Positions 44,912-55,002 are shown, counted from the first letter of the stretch. The stretch is DNA of 64,000 nucleotides from Bacteroidales bacterium (GCA_028708845.1 JAQVXZ010000007.1:20898-84897); one strand, 5' to 3'. A program made the numbers and translations. Notes: generated from the sequence alone by a model not told the origin.

Positions 44912-45035
44912 ATAAAATTGTATGATAAATAAATTTTGAGATTAAATTTGTCTGTTTAATTAAATGACCATTTTTTTGGAGATTGTCGACTAAGGAGGAT
45001 TAAATTTTTATAGAATAAATCTCTAATCGACACTG

Positions 45036-45043
45036 CAAAATTA
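45036..45043 (-). promoter_or_regulatory. -7 box TAATTTTG; would give rho a leader of about 120 nt
   Basis: Reverse complement of caaaatta. Confidence 0.3.
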
Positions 45044-45084
45044 AAAAAATTTTAGAATAATAACAAACAAAAGGCTTTTTTATA

Positions 45085-45092
45085 TATATTTG
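45085..45092 (+). promoter_or_regulatory. -7 box TATATTTG
   Basis: 28 nt upstream of the ATG at 45121. Confidence 0.45.
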
Positions 45093-45120
45093 TCCTCTTA
45101 TTCAACAGCAAAAAACACAC

Positions 45121-45585
45121 ATGAAAAACTATATTGGTAATCTGAATGGTCTGCATATCAAGTATATAATAATTAATTTGGTCATCGCAGCAGCATCTTA
45201 CCTAACACATTTAATAATTGGAGATATTGGTCTGGAAAACAAAATTATCATATACATATCAGTAATAATGATGATATTGATTTTGACTTTCTTTATTTCA
45301 GGAAGGAAGAAATACCAAAGTCAACTTAATAAAATTAAGACACTTGCCTTGGGCGAAAAGCTCAATATCTACCATGATATTAACAAGAAAAGATTAGTTT
45401 CTTTCACTATAATTACTATTATTTCATCACTAGGTTTCGTCCTATCTTCAAATCCACTTTACTTAGGATTTTCAATACTATCAATATTGCTTATATTTTT
45501 AAACCGCTGTTCCAAAGTTAAAATATCATTCGAACTTAATCTAACAAAAGAAGAGCTTGAAAAGATAGACAAACCTATTAATTAG
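45121..45585 (+). CDS. hypothetical membrane protein (4 TM)
   Basis: ORF with four hydrophobic segments and its own promoter box. Confidence 0.5.
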   Translation: MKNYIGNLNGLHIKYIIINLVIAAASYLTHLIIGDIGLENKIIIYISVIMMILILTFFISGRKKYQSQLNKIKTLALGEKLNIYHDINKKRLVSFTIITIISSLGFVLSSNPLYLGFSILSILLIFLNRCSKVKISFELNLTKEELEKIDKPIN

Positions 45586-45618
45586 AAATTAGAATCAAAA
45601 TAAAATAAGAAAACCATT

Positions 45619-47892
45619 ATGTTTAAAATTAAATCAAAGAATCAACTTACAGAAAATATATATTCAATGGATGTTGAGTCGCCTTGGGTTTCAAGAGCGG
45701 CTAAGCCAGGACATTTTGTTATTGTAATTATTGACGAAAAAGGAGAGAGAATACCTCTTACGATTTGTGATTACGACCAAGAGCAAGGAACTATTAATAT
45801 TGTTTTTCAAGTAATAGGTAAGTCAACCGAGAGAATGGCTAAGCTAAATGTTGGAGATGAGTTCAAAGACATTGTAGGACCTTTGGGTAATGAGAGCGAA
45901 TTTATACATCATAATATAGAAGACTTAAAGAAGAAGAGCATATTATTTGTTGCTGGTGGTGTTGGAACAGCTCCTATATATCCTCAAGTGAAATGGTTCA
46001 AACAAAAAGGTATCGATGTTGATGTTGTTATGGGTGCTAAAACCAAAGACCTAATTATCTTAGAAAAGGAAATGGGTGCGGTATCGAAGAACTTATATAT
46101 ATGTACTGATGACGGCTCGAACGGAAATAAGGGCTTGGTTACTGATGTGATTAGAGATTTAATAGATAATAAGAAAAAACATTATGATGAGGTTATTGCT
46201 ATTGGACCTATGATAATGATGAAGTTTGTTTCTCTTTTAACCAAAGAATATAATATCAAAACAACAGTTAGTTTAAATACTTTGATGGTTGATGGAACAG
46301 GAATGTGTGGAGCTTGTAGGGTAACTATTGGAGGAAAAACTAAATTTACTTGTGTTGATGGACCTGAGTTTGATGCTCACCAAGTGGACTTCGATGAGGC
46401 TATGAGACGTCAAGGAATGTATAGGACACACGAGATTGCAACAGATACCTCATGGCACCACTGTAACTTAACTCATAAGGTTAAGCAATCAGAACAAGCA
46501 GAAATCGTTGTTGAGAAATTTAAAAAGGTAAAGGTAAGAGAGCAAGACCCAGTTGAAAGGTCTCAAAACTTTGAAGAGGTATCTTATGGATATAATGAAA
46601 AGGAAGCAATGGCAGAGGCTTCACGTTGCATTGAATGCAAGAACCCTGGTTGCGTAACCCAATGTCCTGTTAGCATCAAGATTCCTCAGTTTATTTCAAA
46701 AATAAAGGTTGGTGATTTTGAAGCAGCAGCTCATATACTTGCAGAAGACACAGCACTTCCAGCAGTTTGCGGTAGGGTTTGTCCTCAAGAAGTTCAATGT
46801 GAGGAAACATGTATATTAGCTAAGAGGGGAGAGGCTGTGGCTATTGGTAAGCTAGAAAGGTTTGTTGCTGACTGGTCGAGGGAAAACAAAATAGACCTTG
46901 TAAAGAAAGCACCTTCAAATGGTAAGAAAGTAGCAGTTGTTGGAGCAGGTCCAAGTGGACTTACTTGTGCAGGAGATTTAGCAAAACTAGGATATGAGGT
47001 AACAATATTTGAGGCTCTTCATAAATCAGGTGGAGTTTTAGTTTATGGTATACCTGAGTTCCGTTTACCAAAAGAAGAAGTTGTAAAACACGAGATAAAT
47101 AATGTAAAGAAACTAGGTGTAACGATAATCAATGATGTTATTGTTGGTAAGAGTATCACTATTGATGAGCTGTTAGAAGAAGGATTTGAAGCAGTGTATA
47201 TTGGTTCGGGTGCAGGACTTCCTAAGTTTATGGGTATTCCTGGTGAAAACCTTAACGGAGTTCTTTCTGCAAATGAAATCCTAACACGTTCCAACCTAAT
47301 GAAAGCATTTGAGGAAGGATATGAAACACCAATCTTCCCTGGTTCGAAAGCAGTTATTGTTGGAGGAGGAAATGTGGCAATGGACGCAGCAAGAACAGCA
47401 AGACGTTTAGGTTCTGACACACATATTGTTTATAGAAGAAGCGAAAAAGAAATGCCAGCAAGAATAGAAGAGGTTCATCACGCAAAAGAAGAAGGTATTA
47501 TCTTCCACACAATGACTAGCCCTATTGAAATCCTTGGGGATGAGAAAGGATGGGTAAGAGCCATTAAATGTATTAAAATGGAGCTAGGCGAACCTGATGC
47601 AAGTGGTAGAAGAAGACCTCTTGAAATAAAAGGAAGTGAGCACGAAATAGAAACAAAATCTGTTATAATGTCACTTGGCACCAATCCAAACCCACTAATC
47701 ATCAATACAACAAAAGGACTTGATGCAGAGAGTTGGGGAGGTATTATTGCTGATGAAAATGGACAGACATCAAGAAAAGGTATATTTGCAGGAGGAGATG
47801 CTGTAAGTGGCGCTGCAACTGTTATTCTTGCAATGGGAGCAGGTAAACAAGCTGCAAAAGCAATACATGAGTATATTCAGAATAAGAAATAA
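45619..47892 (+). CDS. fusion of a PyrK/NfnA-like FAD/NAD(P)/[2Fe-2S] reductase with a GltD/NfnB-like NADPH-dependent glutamate synthase small-subunit-type oxidoreductase
   Basis: N-terminal half: PGHFVIV, GGVGTAP, C-terminal GMCGACRV cluster. C-terminal half: two 4Fe-4S Cys clusters (CIECKNPGCVTQCP, CGRVCPQEVQCEETC) and two Rossmann motifs (VAVVGAGPSGL, VIVGGGNVAMD). Confidence 0.85.
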   Translation: MFKIKSKNQLTENIYSMDVESPWVSRAAKPGHFVIVIIDEKGERIPLTICDYDQEQGTINIVFQVIGKSTERMAKLNVGDEFKDIVGPLGNESEFIHHNIEDLKKKSILFVAGGVGTAPIYPQVKWFKQKGIDVDVVMGAKTKDLIILEKEMGAVSKNLYICTDDGSNGNKGLVTDVIRDLIDNKKKHYDEVIAIGPMIMMKFVSLLTKEYNIKTTVSLNTLMVDGTGMCGACRVTIGGKTKFTCVDGPEFDAHQVDFDEAMRRQGMYRTHEIATDTSWHHCNLTHKVKQSEQAEIVVEKFKKVKVREQDPVERSQNFEEVSYGYNEKEAMAEASRCIECKNPGCVTQCPVSIKIPQFISKIKVGDFEAAAHILAEDTALPAVCGRVCPQEVQCEETCILAKRGEAVAIGKLERFVADWSRENKIDLVKKAPSNGKKVAVVGAGPSGLTCAGDLAKLGYEVTIFEALHKSGGVLVYGIPEFRLPKEEVVKHEINNVKKLGVTIINDVIVGKSITIDELLEEGFEAVYIGSGAGLPKFMGIPGENLNGVLSANEILTRSNLMKAFEEGYETPIFPGSKAVIVGGGNVAMDAARTARRLGSDTHIVYRRSEKEMPARIEEVHHAKEEGIIFHTMTSPIEILGDEKGWVRAIKCIKMELGEPDASGRRRPLEIKGSEHEIETKSVIMSLGTNPNPLIINTTKGLDAESWGGIIADENGQTSRKGIFAGGDAVSGAATVILAMGAGKQAAKAIHEYIQNKK

Positions 47893-47932
47893 GCTAGTAT
47901 TTAATAAAACATTTGCTTAGAGATTAATATTT

Positions 47933-47962
47933 GGGGACGTAATTAACTGCGTCCCTTTTTTT
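47933..47962 (+). terminator. intrinsic terminator
   Basis: GGGACG-loop-CGTCCC stem followed by T7. It overlaps the stop of the convergent rhomboid gene. Confidence 0.7.
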
Positions 47963-48731
47963 ATTCTTTATATGTATATTTAAATTTCTCCTCTTCTTTA
48001 ATCTCTTTCTCTTTCTTGACCTCTTCTAAGTCTTTTACCTCCTCTGCTTTGTTTTCTTCACCTCTTTTAATATCGCTGTGGTGACCATATTCTAACCAAT
48101 AAGGGTCGTCTTCCGAAAGCTCGTCTTCTTCCTCTATTAAGGGTTCTTGATGAGCTATTGCAATTGCTTTTCTCTTATAATAAATTGCAAATACAAAGCC
48201 TGTTATTGCACCACCTAAATGTCCTTGCCAGCTAATTCTTGGGCTTGATTGGAAGTCTGGGAATATACCCCAAATTACTCCACCATAAAGAAATATAACT
48301 ATTAGGCCAAAAGCTGATTGGGGCTTGTTTCTCTTAATTATTCCACTAAGAATATGAAACCAAGCCATGGCATAAACTAGGCCACTTGCTCCAATATGTA
48401 TTGAACCGCTTCTTCCTATTATCCAAGCTGCAATGCCTGAGAAAAGATAGAAGAGAAGAAAAAGTTTGGTGGCAAATTCTTTGTAGAATATATATAATCC
48501 AAATAATAGAATAAAAGATGCTAGGGTATTGGATGCAAGGTGAGAGAAGCCAGAGTGAAGAAGAGGCATAGTAAATATACCAATTAGTCCCCTAAGTGTT
48601 CTTGGCTCCAAACCGTATTCCGAAAGCGATATGCCGCTTATTGTTTCCATTACCTTAATAGACCAAAGCAAAAAAACAAAGCCTATGGGAACTATTAAAG
48701 CGTTTATAAAATCTTTTCTTTCTCTATCCAT
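47961..48731 (-). CDS. rhomboid-family intramembrane serine protease with a charged C-terminal tail
   Basis: HSGFSHLASN, GASGLVYA (catalytic GxSG) and GHLGGAITG (catalytic His) motifs. The start is set at MDRERK because the -7 box overlaps the TTG start. Confidence 0.8.
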   Translation of the reverse strand: MDRERKDFINALIVPIGFVFLLWSIKVMETISGISLSEYGLEPRTLRGLIGIFTMPLLHSGFSHLASNTLASFILLFGLYIFYKEFATKLFLLFYLFSGIAAWIIGRSGSIHIGASGLVYAMAWFHILSGIIKRNKPQSAFGLIVIFLYGGVIWGIFPDFQSSPRISWQGHLGGAITGFVFAIYYKRKAIAIAHQEPLIEEEDELSEDDPYWLEYGHHSDIKRGEENKAEEVKDLEEVKKEKEIKEEEKFKYTYKE

Positions 48732-48740
48732 TTCTGATTG

Positions 48741-48748
48741 CAAAGATA
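48741..48748 (-). promoter_or_regulatory. -7 box TATCTTTG, 9 nt from the rhomboid ATG
   Basis: Reverse complement of caaagata. Confidence 0.4.
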
Positions 48749-48810
48749 ATAAAACTACTCAATTTTCAATATTTCTTTTCCCTTTTGTGCAATCTTTAAC
48801 AAAGAAATAT

Positions 48811-48818
48811 TATATTTG
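48811..48818 (+). promoter_or_regulatory. -7 box TATATTTG
   Basis: 25 nt upstream of the ATG at 48844. Confidence 0.45.
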
Positions 48819-48843
48819 CAAATTGAACCTATAGTAAGATAAT

Positions 48844-49755
48844 ATGAATAAGAAGAATGTTGTATCATTTATAGCAATTACCTTGTTGCTAATAAGCGGA
48901 CTTAATAGCTTTGCTCAAAGAACTAACAGAGCTCCTGAAAATCGTTTTGGGATAAGGGCCGGTTTTAATATGAGCGATTTGACTCATGCAAGAGGCTTAG
49001 ACGTTTTCAACGGCTTGGCTTTCTACAACAAAAACCTTACTTATGTTGGATTCACCGACACCAAACCTTTTCAATATGGTTTTAACGTTGGAGCCACAGG
49101 ACAGATAAAGCTTTCTGAATCATGGTATCTTCAACCCTCATTATTATTTACATCAAAAGGCTTTAAGTTAAATACACAAAATAAAGGTTATCTTGACCAA
49201 AACGTGGAAATGGATGTTAAGGCATATTATATTCAAATGCCAGTTGATATTGTTTGGAAGTTTTCTTTTAGCCAAGATTTCCGATTTATCGTTCAAGGAG
49301 GAGCTTTCTTAGGGTTTGGAATAGCAGGAGAGAGTCATTTCCTTGACCATTACGGAGAAAAGACCATGCCAAGAAGTCTTCACCAACAAACACCTGATCC
49401 TACAATATCAAATGGATACATAGGTTACGACTATACCGTTCACCAACTTATGAATGAAGACTTCGATGATACCTTTATGACAGAGGGAACAAATCGCTGG
49501 GATGCAGGTCTTGAACTTGGCTTAGGTTTCGAATACAAAAGATTTCAAATATCTCTATCTTACCAATATAGCTTTACACCTTTATATGATTATTCTCACG
49601 ATTATACATTGAGATATAAAGAAAAAGGGATAGCAAATACAGCTAATTCATTTGAATATCTAAAACAAGAAACCCCTAAATCACCTGCTCAACACGTAAT
49701 ATCAATATCCCTAGCATATTATTTAGACCTAATCTCTAATAAAATCAAATATTAG
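48844..49755 (+). CDS. outer-membrane beta-barrel (porin/PorT-like) protein
   Basis: Signal peptide, FGIRAGFNMSDL first strand, and alternating-pattern strands throughout. Confidence 0.65.
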   Translation: MNKKNVVSFIAITLLLISGLNSFAQRTNRAPENRFGIRAGFNMSDLTHARGLDVFNGLAFYNKNLTYVGFTDTKPFQYGFNVGATGQIKLSESWYLQPSLLFTSKGFKLNTQNKGYLDQNVEMDVKAYYIQMPVDIVWKFSFSQDFRFIVQGGAFLGFGIAGESHFLDHYGEKTMPRSLHQQTPDPTISNGYIGYDYTVHQLMNEDFDDTFMTEGTNRWDAGLELGLGFEYKRFQISLSYQYSFTPLYDYSHDYTLRYKEKGIANTANSFEYLKQETPKSPAQHVISISLAYYLDLISNKIKY

Positions 49756-49788
49756 ACTAAATACCTAGGTCTTTTCGTTAGTTATTTA

Positions 49789-50472
49789 ATGATGAAAAAG
49801 ATAATATTATTCTTGGCTCTTGTTTTATCCTCAGCCTCTCTTATGGCTCAGGAAAAGGAAGTGCTTATTTCTGAAGATTCTATAATAAGTAAAGATTATA
49901 CGTATGACTTCATAAATCAAGCCTCTTCACCTCTTCAATATAATATATCAATGGGAGCAAATTTTGGAAGCGGATTCTTCGGTCAGAGTTTTACTTCCAC
50001 CTATGTAGCACCATCACTTAGAATAAGATTAAACCAAAAGACCCATCTTAGAGCAGGAGCTTTGACAGGAGATCTTTGGTTAAATGGTGGCTCAAAAAGA
50101 AATACAGTAAACGATAGAGCACCTTATGCCGATAGATATAAACATAGCGCAGCCTATATGGGGATGGATTTTGAGTTAAGCCCAAAGTTAAATCTTTTTG
50201 TAACTGCATTCTACGACACATATAACCCCTTAAGAACTCAGAGCCTACGTCCACAATCACAAAACATATACACATACGGTTTTGACGCAAGTTTAACTTA
50301 TGAAATTTCTAAGAATAGTTTTTTGAATCTTAGTGTGTCATTTATGGAGACCAATAATCCATATATGTTGTTAATGCCCTATCATCACTCACCCTTCAAC
50401 TCAATGGGGCTGATGAATAATACCCTTTTCCCTGGTTCAAGATTCCCAAACCATAGTCCTTTTTCTTGGTAG
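49789..50472 (+). CDS. hypothetical secreted protein, possibly an outer-membrane beta-barrel
   Basis: Signal peptide MMKKIILFLALVLSSASLMAQ and strand-like segments. Confidence 0.5.
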   Translation: MMKKIILFLALVLSSASLMAQEKEVLISEDSIISKDYTYDFINQASSPLQYNISMGANFGSGFFGQSFTSTYVAPSLRIRLNQKTHLRAGALTGDLWLNGGSKRNTVNDRAPYADRYKHSAAYMGMDFELSPKLNLFVTAFYDTYNPLRTQSLRPQSQNIYTYGFDASLTYEISKNSFLNLSVSFMETNNPYMLLMPYHHSPFNSMGLMNNTLFPGSRFPNHSPFSW

Positions 50473-50494
50473 TTTCTCTTGTTTAAAATAGTTT

Positions 50495-50634
50495 AATGAA
50501 ACGCAGAGTTAGGAAAATGAAACGCTGTAATAAATAATTAAAACTAAGAGTTAGCAAATTAAAACGAAGAGTTAAGAAATTAAAACGAAGAAAGAATTTG
50601 CTGAAACGAAGAAAGAATTTGCTGAAATGAAGAC
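50495..50634 (-). repeat. 21-bp-period tandem repeat array, locus D (about 6.5 units)
   Basis: aatgaaacgcagagttaggaa aatgaaacgctgtaataaata attaaaactaagagttagcaa attaaaacgaagagttaagaa attaaaacgaagaaagaatttgct gaaacgaagaaagaatttgct gaaatgaagac. It lies between convergent genes. Confidence 0.85.
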
Positions 50635-50668
50635 TTAATTATTAAATTCTTCCCAGAAATAATCTTCC

Positions 50669-51325
50669 TTATAGTTTTCTGCCCATCATTAGCCCATCCC
50701 TAATTGGTATTATAACATTTTCTACTCTTGGGTCATGGGTTATTAATTCGTTAAAGTTATTAATGGCAAGGGTTTGCTTGTCTCTTGGCATTGGGTCGAG
50801 TCCTACTTTCCCGTACCAAAGAATATTGTCGGCAATAATTATTCCAGAGGGGCGTAATTTCTCAATGCAGATATTATAATATTCAGGGTAGGAGGCTTTG
50901 TCGGCATCAATAAATATTAAATCAAATTCTTCTTCTATGGTTGGCAGTATATCTAGGGCTTTCCCAATATGTAGTTTAATTTTTTTGTTGGAACGTTTAA
51001 TTAGATTTTCTAAAAGGAAGTCCTCGTATTCTTCTTCTTTCTCTATGGTGTGAATAATTCCTCCTTCTTGTAATCCCTCTGCAAGGCAAAAGGTGGAATA
51101 TCCGCTAAATGTTCCTATTTCAAGAATGTTTTTAGGGTTAACCATTTTAGAAATCAACTTTAAGAAAGTTCCTTGCCAATTACCACTAATCATATGTGGA
51201 TGAACAAATCGCAATTGTGTCTTACGATTAAGCCTTACCAAGTCTTCTGGTTCTTCACTTACATTCTTTTCGCAGTAATCCACTATTCTCTTATCAATAA
51301 ATGGAGATATTTGTAATTCAGTCAT
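50669..51325 (-). CDS. class I SAM-dependent O-methyltransferase (caffeoyl-CoA OMT family)
   Basis: ILEIGTFSGYST (motif I), IFIDADK, and IIADNILW. Confidence 0.85.
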   Translation of the reverse strand: MTELQISPFIDKRIVDYCEKNVSEEPEDLVRLNRKTQLRFVHPHMISGNWQGTFLKLISKMVNPKNILEIGTFSGYSTFCLAEGLQEGGIIHTIEKEEEYEDFLLENLIKRSNKKIKLHIGKALDILPTIEEEFDLIFIDADKASYPEYYNICIEKLRPSGIIIADNILWYGKVGLDPMPRDKQTLAINNFNELITHDPRVENVIIPIRDGLMMGRKL

Positions 51326-51354
51326 AATTTAGTTTTTTTGCCCGCAGATTTTCA

Positions 51355-51362
51355 CAAATTTA
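51355..51362 (-). promoter_or_regulatory. -7 box TAAATTTG
   Basis: 29 nt upstream of the ATG at 51325. Confidence 0.45.
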
Positions 51363-51367
51363 TAGGA

Positions 51368-51398
51368 TTTTACCTTTTACCTTTTCACTTCTAAAACT
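51368..51398 (-). repeat. 7-nt-period array directly after the OmpA-family gene stop
   Basis: In gene sense, after the TAG it reads ...GTGAAAA GGTAAAA GGTAAAA. Confidence 0.55.
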
Positions 51399-52583
51399 CT
51401 AAAGCTCTAAGATTTTAAATTCAACTCTTCTATTTTTTGCTCTTCCTTGGTCGGTGTCGTTGTCAGCAATTGGTTGACTTGCTCCATAGGAACGGTATTG
51501 TAAGCGTTTGGAAGATATACCTTGACTAATTAGATGCTCGTAAACAGCTTTTACTCTGCTATGAGATAGTTTTTGGTTATAGTTGTCAGAACCCTTGTTG
51601 TCGGTATGTCCTGAGAGTTCAATTTTCATATAAGGGTTTTTGTTCAAAAGATTGATTAGGTTATTTAGTTCAACAAATGACTGTGGTAAGATAATGCTTT
51701 TATCAAATTCAAAGAATATATTCTCCATCACAATAACCTGTCCTACCTCGTAACGCTTCTCGTCTTTGGTCTTAGTAATAGTTATATTGTTTTGTATTTC
51801 TTGTTTTTCTTTACAAGTTAAGCAATAAAGCGATACATCATCAATATAATAATAAGCTCCAGGAAGGAGATAAGTCAGATATGGAAGGTCAACACAATTG
51901 CTTTGAGATGCTGGATAGAAATTACCTATTGTAAGAAATCTTTCTCCTCCAAGTGCTGTGTATTCTCCCTCTATCTTCATCCAGTTTTCTGTATCAATAA
52001 GAGGATTCTCGTAAGGGTTAACAATTTGTGGCTTTAAGTAGGTTGATATTGATTGGCTTACTCCATTCTCATACTTAGTTATAACTTGGTCGGTAAGCAT
52101 TTCCCTTGTGTCTTCTTGAATTCTATCTACAGTAAATAAAGCTCCAATTGTAGCAACAGCTCCTGCGCTATACTCCGAAAGGCTTACATAGAATGTTAGT
52201 TTATATGTTTCTCCCTCTTCTAAGTCTTCCTTAAACTCTGTTTGTATATATTCCCTATAACTTGTCTTTGAGGTATAGATGCCAACCATTCCAACTCCTG
52301 TTCTAGGCATTTGAATTCCTAGTTTGTTTTTTGGAACATTACATTGTTTACTACCACATTTATTATAGTAGTCAGCACTTCCTCCTGTTGGTTGCCACCA
52401 AGCCACAGCTTCCGACATATATCCATAAGGTTCTATCTTCTGTGGGCAAGTGTAGTATTCTTCAAAGGAGGGGTTGTATATTAGATTCTCTCCTTTCTGT
52501 CCAATAGCCAAAGTCTGACTTAGAACGAAAAAGGATACAATCAAAATTAACCTAGTCTTTATTTTGTATTTTCTATTAAGCAT
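51399..52583 (-). CDS. OmpA-family protein (N-terminal beta-sandwich-like domain plus C-terminal OmpA/MotB peptidoglycan-binding domain)
   Basis: C-terminus IELSGHTDNKGSDNYNQKLSHSRVKAV...GRAKNRRVEFKI. Confidence 0.85.
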   Translation of the reverse strand: MLNRKYKIKTRLILIVSFFVLSQTLAIGQKGENLIYNPSFEEYYTCPQKIEPYGYMSEAVAWWQPTGGSADYYNKCGSKQCNVPKNKLGIQMPRTGVGMVGIYTSKTSYREYIQTEFKEDLEEGETYKLTFYVSLSEYSAGAVATIGALFTVDRIQEDTREMLTDQVITKYENGVSQSISTYLKPQIVNPYENPLIDTENWMKIEGEYTALGGERFLTIGNFYPASQSNCVDLPYLTYLLPGAYYYIDDVSLYCLTCKEKQEIQNNITITKTKDEKRYEVGQVIVMENIFFEFDKSIILPQSFVELNNLINLLNKNPYMKIELSGHTDNKGSDNYNQKLSHSRVKAVYEHLISQGISSKRLQYRSYGASQPIADNDTDQGRAKNRRVEFKILEL

Positions 52584-53458
52584 TTCCAGTTTATGTTATT
52601 TGATGCCTCTACCCATATTATATCTTTGTCTTTCCTAAACCAAGTCATCTGTCTTTTGGCATAGCGTCTTGTATTGGTCTTAATATCTTCTATGGCCTGC
52701 CTAAGTGTAATTTCTTTATCGAAATACCTAAATATCTCTTTATATCCAACAGTGTTAAGTGCTGATAGGTTTTTGAAAGGATAGAGTGTTCGAGCCTCTT
52801 CCACTAATCCTTCTTCTATCATTATATCAACTCTTCTATGAATTCTTTCTATTAGTTTCTGCCTATCCATATGGAGGGCAAACTTAATTATTTCAAAGTC
52901 TCTCTCTGTTTTCTTTTTAGTTAGGAAGGAAGAAAAGGGTTTTGAGCTCTGACGTATAACTTCCAAAGCACGTATAAGTCTTATATGGTTTTGCGTATCT
53001 ACCTTTGCATAATACTCAGGGTCTTTCTCTTTTAGCTCCATTTGTAAAGGGAGTATGCCTTGTGAAGAGAAAATATGGTTTAGGTCTTCTCTAATTCCTT
53101 TTTCTACATCAGGAAGAGCATCAATACCATTGCAAACAACATCAACATACATTCCACTTCCTCCTGTTAGAACAAGGGTGTCGTAAGTCTCAAAAAGATG
53201 TTTTATTTTCTTTAGGGCGTCTTTCTCATACAAGCCAACATTATACTTATCCTCCACTGATATATGTCCTATGAAATGGTGGTTTGCGGCTTTTAGCTCT
53301 TCATCGGTTGGAGATGCTACGCCAATTTTCATTTCTTTATAAAACTGACGTGAATCAGCAGAAAGGATTTCAGTAGATAGAGTATTAGCCAAAGAAATTG
53401 CCTCAGTGGTTTTTCCTACTGCTGTTGGTCCAACAAGAACGTATAATCTCTTTTTCAT
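52559..53458 (-). CDS. miaA: tRNA dimethylallyltransferase
   Basis: P-loop LVGPTAVGKT, DSRQFYKEM, and TRRYAKRQMTWFR. Confidence 0.9.
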   Translation of the reverse strand: MKKRLYVLVGPTAVGKTTEAISLANTLSTEILSADSRQFYKEMKIGVASPTDEELKAANHHFIGHISVEDKYNVGLYEKDALKKIKHLFETYDTLVLTGGSGMYVDVVCNGIDALPDVEKGIREDLNHIFSSQGILPLQMELKEKDPEYYAKVDTQNHIRLIRALEVIRQSSKPFSSFLTKKKTERDFEIIKFALHMDRQKLIERIHRRVDIMIEEGLVEEARTLYPFKNLSALNTVGYKEIFRYFDKEITLRQAIEDIKTNTRRYAKRQMTWFRKDKDIIWVEASNNINWKCLIENTK

Positions 53459-54882
53459 TTCTTAGGTTTTAATCCAAGCTTTTCTGCTTCCTTATACATT
53501 AATTTAAGTGCCTCTTCTCTATCGTTTGGAATTGTTCCTTCCAAAATAGCATCTTTTATATTAGTCTTTATTATTCCAATTTCCTTGCATGGTGTTATAT
53601 CAAATATATCCATAATATCCTCTCCTGAAACAGGGGGTTGGAATCTTCTTATCTTATCGCTTTCTTCCAAATATATTAGTTTCTGACGCACAATCTCAAA
53701 GTTGCGTTTAAACTTCTGCACCTTATGAAAGTTCTTTGAAGTAATATCAGCCTCACAAAGTGTTATCAAATCATCAACATCATCTCCTGCATCGAAGAGT
53801 AATCGTCTTACTGCTGAGTCGGTAACAATATCTTCTGCAATTATTATTGGCCTAAGGTGCATTCCAACAAGCTTTTCAACATATTTCATATTCTCATTAA
53901 GTGGTAGTCTAAGCCTTTTGAATATATGTTTAACCATTCTAGAGCCTTTTACTTCGTGACCATGGAAAGTAAAGCCTACCTTAGGTTCATATTTCTTGGT
54001 TAGTGGTTTTGCTATATCGTGAAGAATTGCAGCCCAGCGTAGCCAAAGGTTATCCGTATTTGGTGCTATATTATCTAAAACTTCAAGAGTGTGCTTAAAA
54101 TTGTCTTTATGGGTTTTCTCTCCTACGTAATCAATTCCTTTGAGGGCAACTAGTTCAGGAAGGATGAGATTTAAAAGTCCTGACCTCTCCATTAGCTTAA
54201 ATCCATAGGAAGGGGTAGATGAGAGAATCATTTTATTCATTTCATCTATTATCCTTTCTTGGGAGATTATCTCAATCCTATGTGCATTTCTTGTGATTGC
54301 GTCAAAGGTATCGTTATGTATGAAAAACTTAAGCTGGGTTGAAAACCTAATAGCCCTCATCATTCTTAGGGGGTCATCGGAAAAGGTTATATCAGGATCA
54401 AGTGGGGTTTGTATTATCTTGTTCTCAATATCTTGTAATCCATTGAAAGGGTCTATCAAATTGCCATAAGTTGCTTTATTGAGTGATATTGCCATTGCAT
54501 TAATAGTAAAGTCTCTTCTGTTTTGGTCTTCTTCCAAGGTGCCGTCTTCCACAATAGGCTTTCTGCTATCATGGCTATATGATTCTTTTCTAGCTCCCAC
54601 AAACTCTATCTGCCAATTAGTATCACCCTCATAATAATTCACCATAGCTGTTCCAAAGTTCTTAAATATAGATACCTTAGAATGCCTTCCTATCTTGTTA
54701 GCAACGTTTTTTGCTAGTTCAATTCCACTACCAATGCAAACAATATCAACATCCTTACTTTCCCTCTTCAATATCACATCTCTAACCCATCCACCAACAA
54801 CGTAGGTTTCTATTTGCATTTCGTCCGCAACCTGCTGAACAATCTCAAATATTGGGAGGTTTAATTGTTTTTCTAAATTCAT
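53455..54882 (-). CDS. CCA-adding enzyme / poly(A) polymerase-family tRNA nucleotidyltransferase with an HD domain
   Basis: YVVGGWVRD, DVDIVC, RRDFTINAM, and HD motif LHDIAKP. The ATG at 54882 is preferred over the upstream TTG. Confidence 0.85.
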   Translation of the reverse strand: MNLEKQLNLPIFEIVQQVADEMQIETYVVGGWVRDVILKRESKDVDIVCIGSGIELAKNVANKIGRHSKVSIFKNFGTAMVNYYEGDTNWQIEFVGARKESYSHDSRKPIVEDGTLEEDQNRRDFTINAMAISLNKATYGNLIDPFNGLQDIENKIIQTPLDPDITFSDDPLRMMRAIRFSTQLKFFIHNDTFDAITRNAHRIEIISQERIIDEMNKMILSSTPSYGFKLMERSGLLNLILPELVALKGIDYVGEKTHKDNFKHTLEVLDNIAPNTDNLWLRWAAILHDIAKPLTKKYEPKVGFTFHGHEVKGSRMVKHIFKRLRLPLNENMKYVEKLVGMHLRPIIIAEDIVTDSAVRRLLFDAGDDVDDLITLCEADITSKNFHKVQKFKRNFEIVRQKLIYLEESDKIRRFQPPVSGEDIMDIFDITPCKEIGIIKTNIKDAILEGTIPNDREEALKLMYKEAEKLGLKPKK

Positions 54883-54888
54883 ATTATG

Positions 54889-54896
54889 CAAAAGTA
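54889..54896 (-). promoter_or_regulatory. -7 box TACTTTTG only 6 nt from the ATG (leaderless candidate)
   Basis: Reverse complement of caaaagta. Confidence 0.35.
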
Positions 54897-54994
54897 ATAT
54901 ATTTTTTTCAGACCTAATAAATCAGAAACCGAATTAATTTAATTAGTGAATTAATTTATTTAATTTCTTTCCTTGTTGTTTAAAAAATAAGTCT

Positions 54995-55002
54995 TAACTT
55001 TG
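54995..55002 (+). promoter_or_regulatory. -7 box TAACTTTG for serC-serA
   Basis: 64 nt upstream of the ATG at 55067. Confidence 0.45.
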
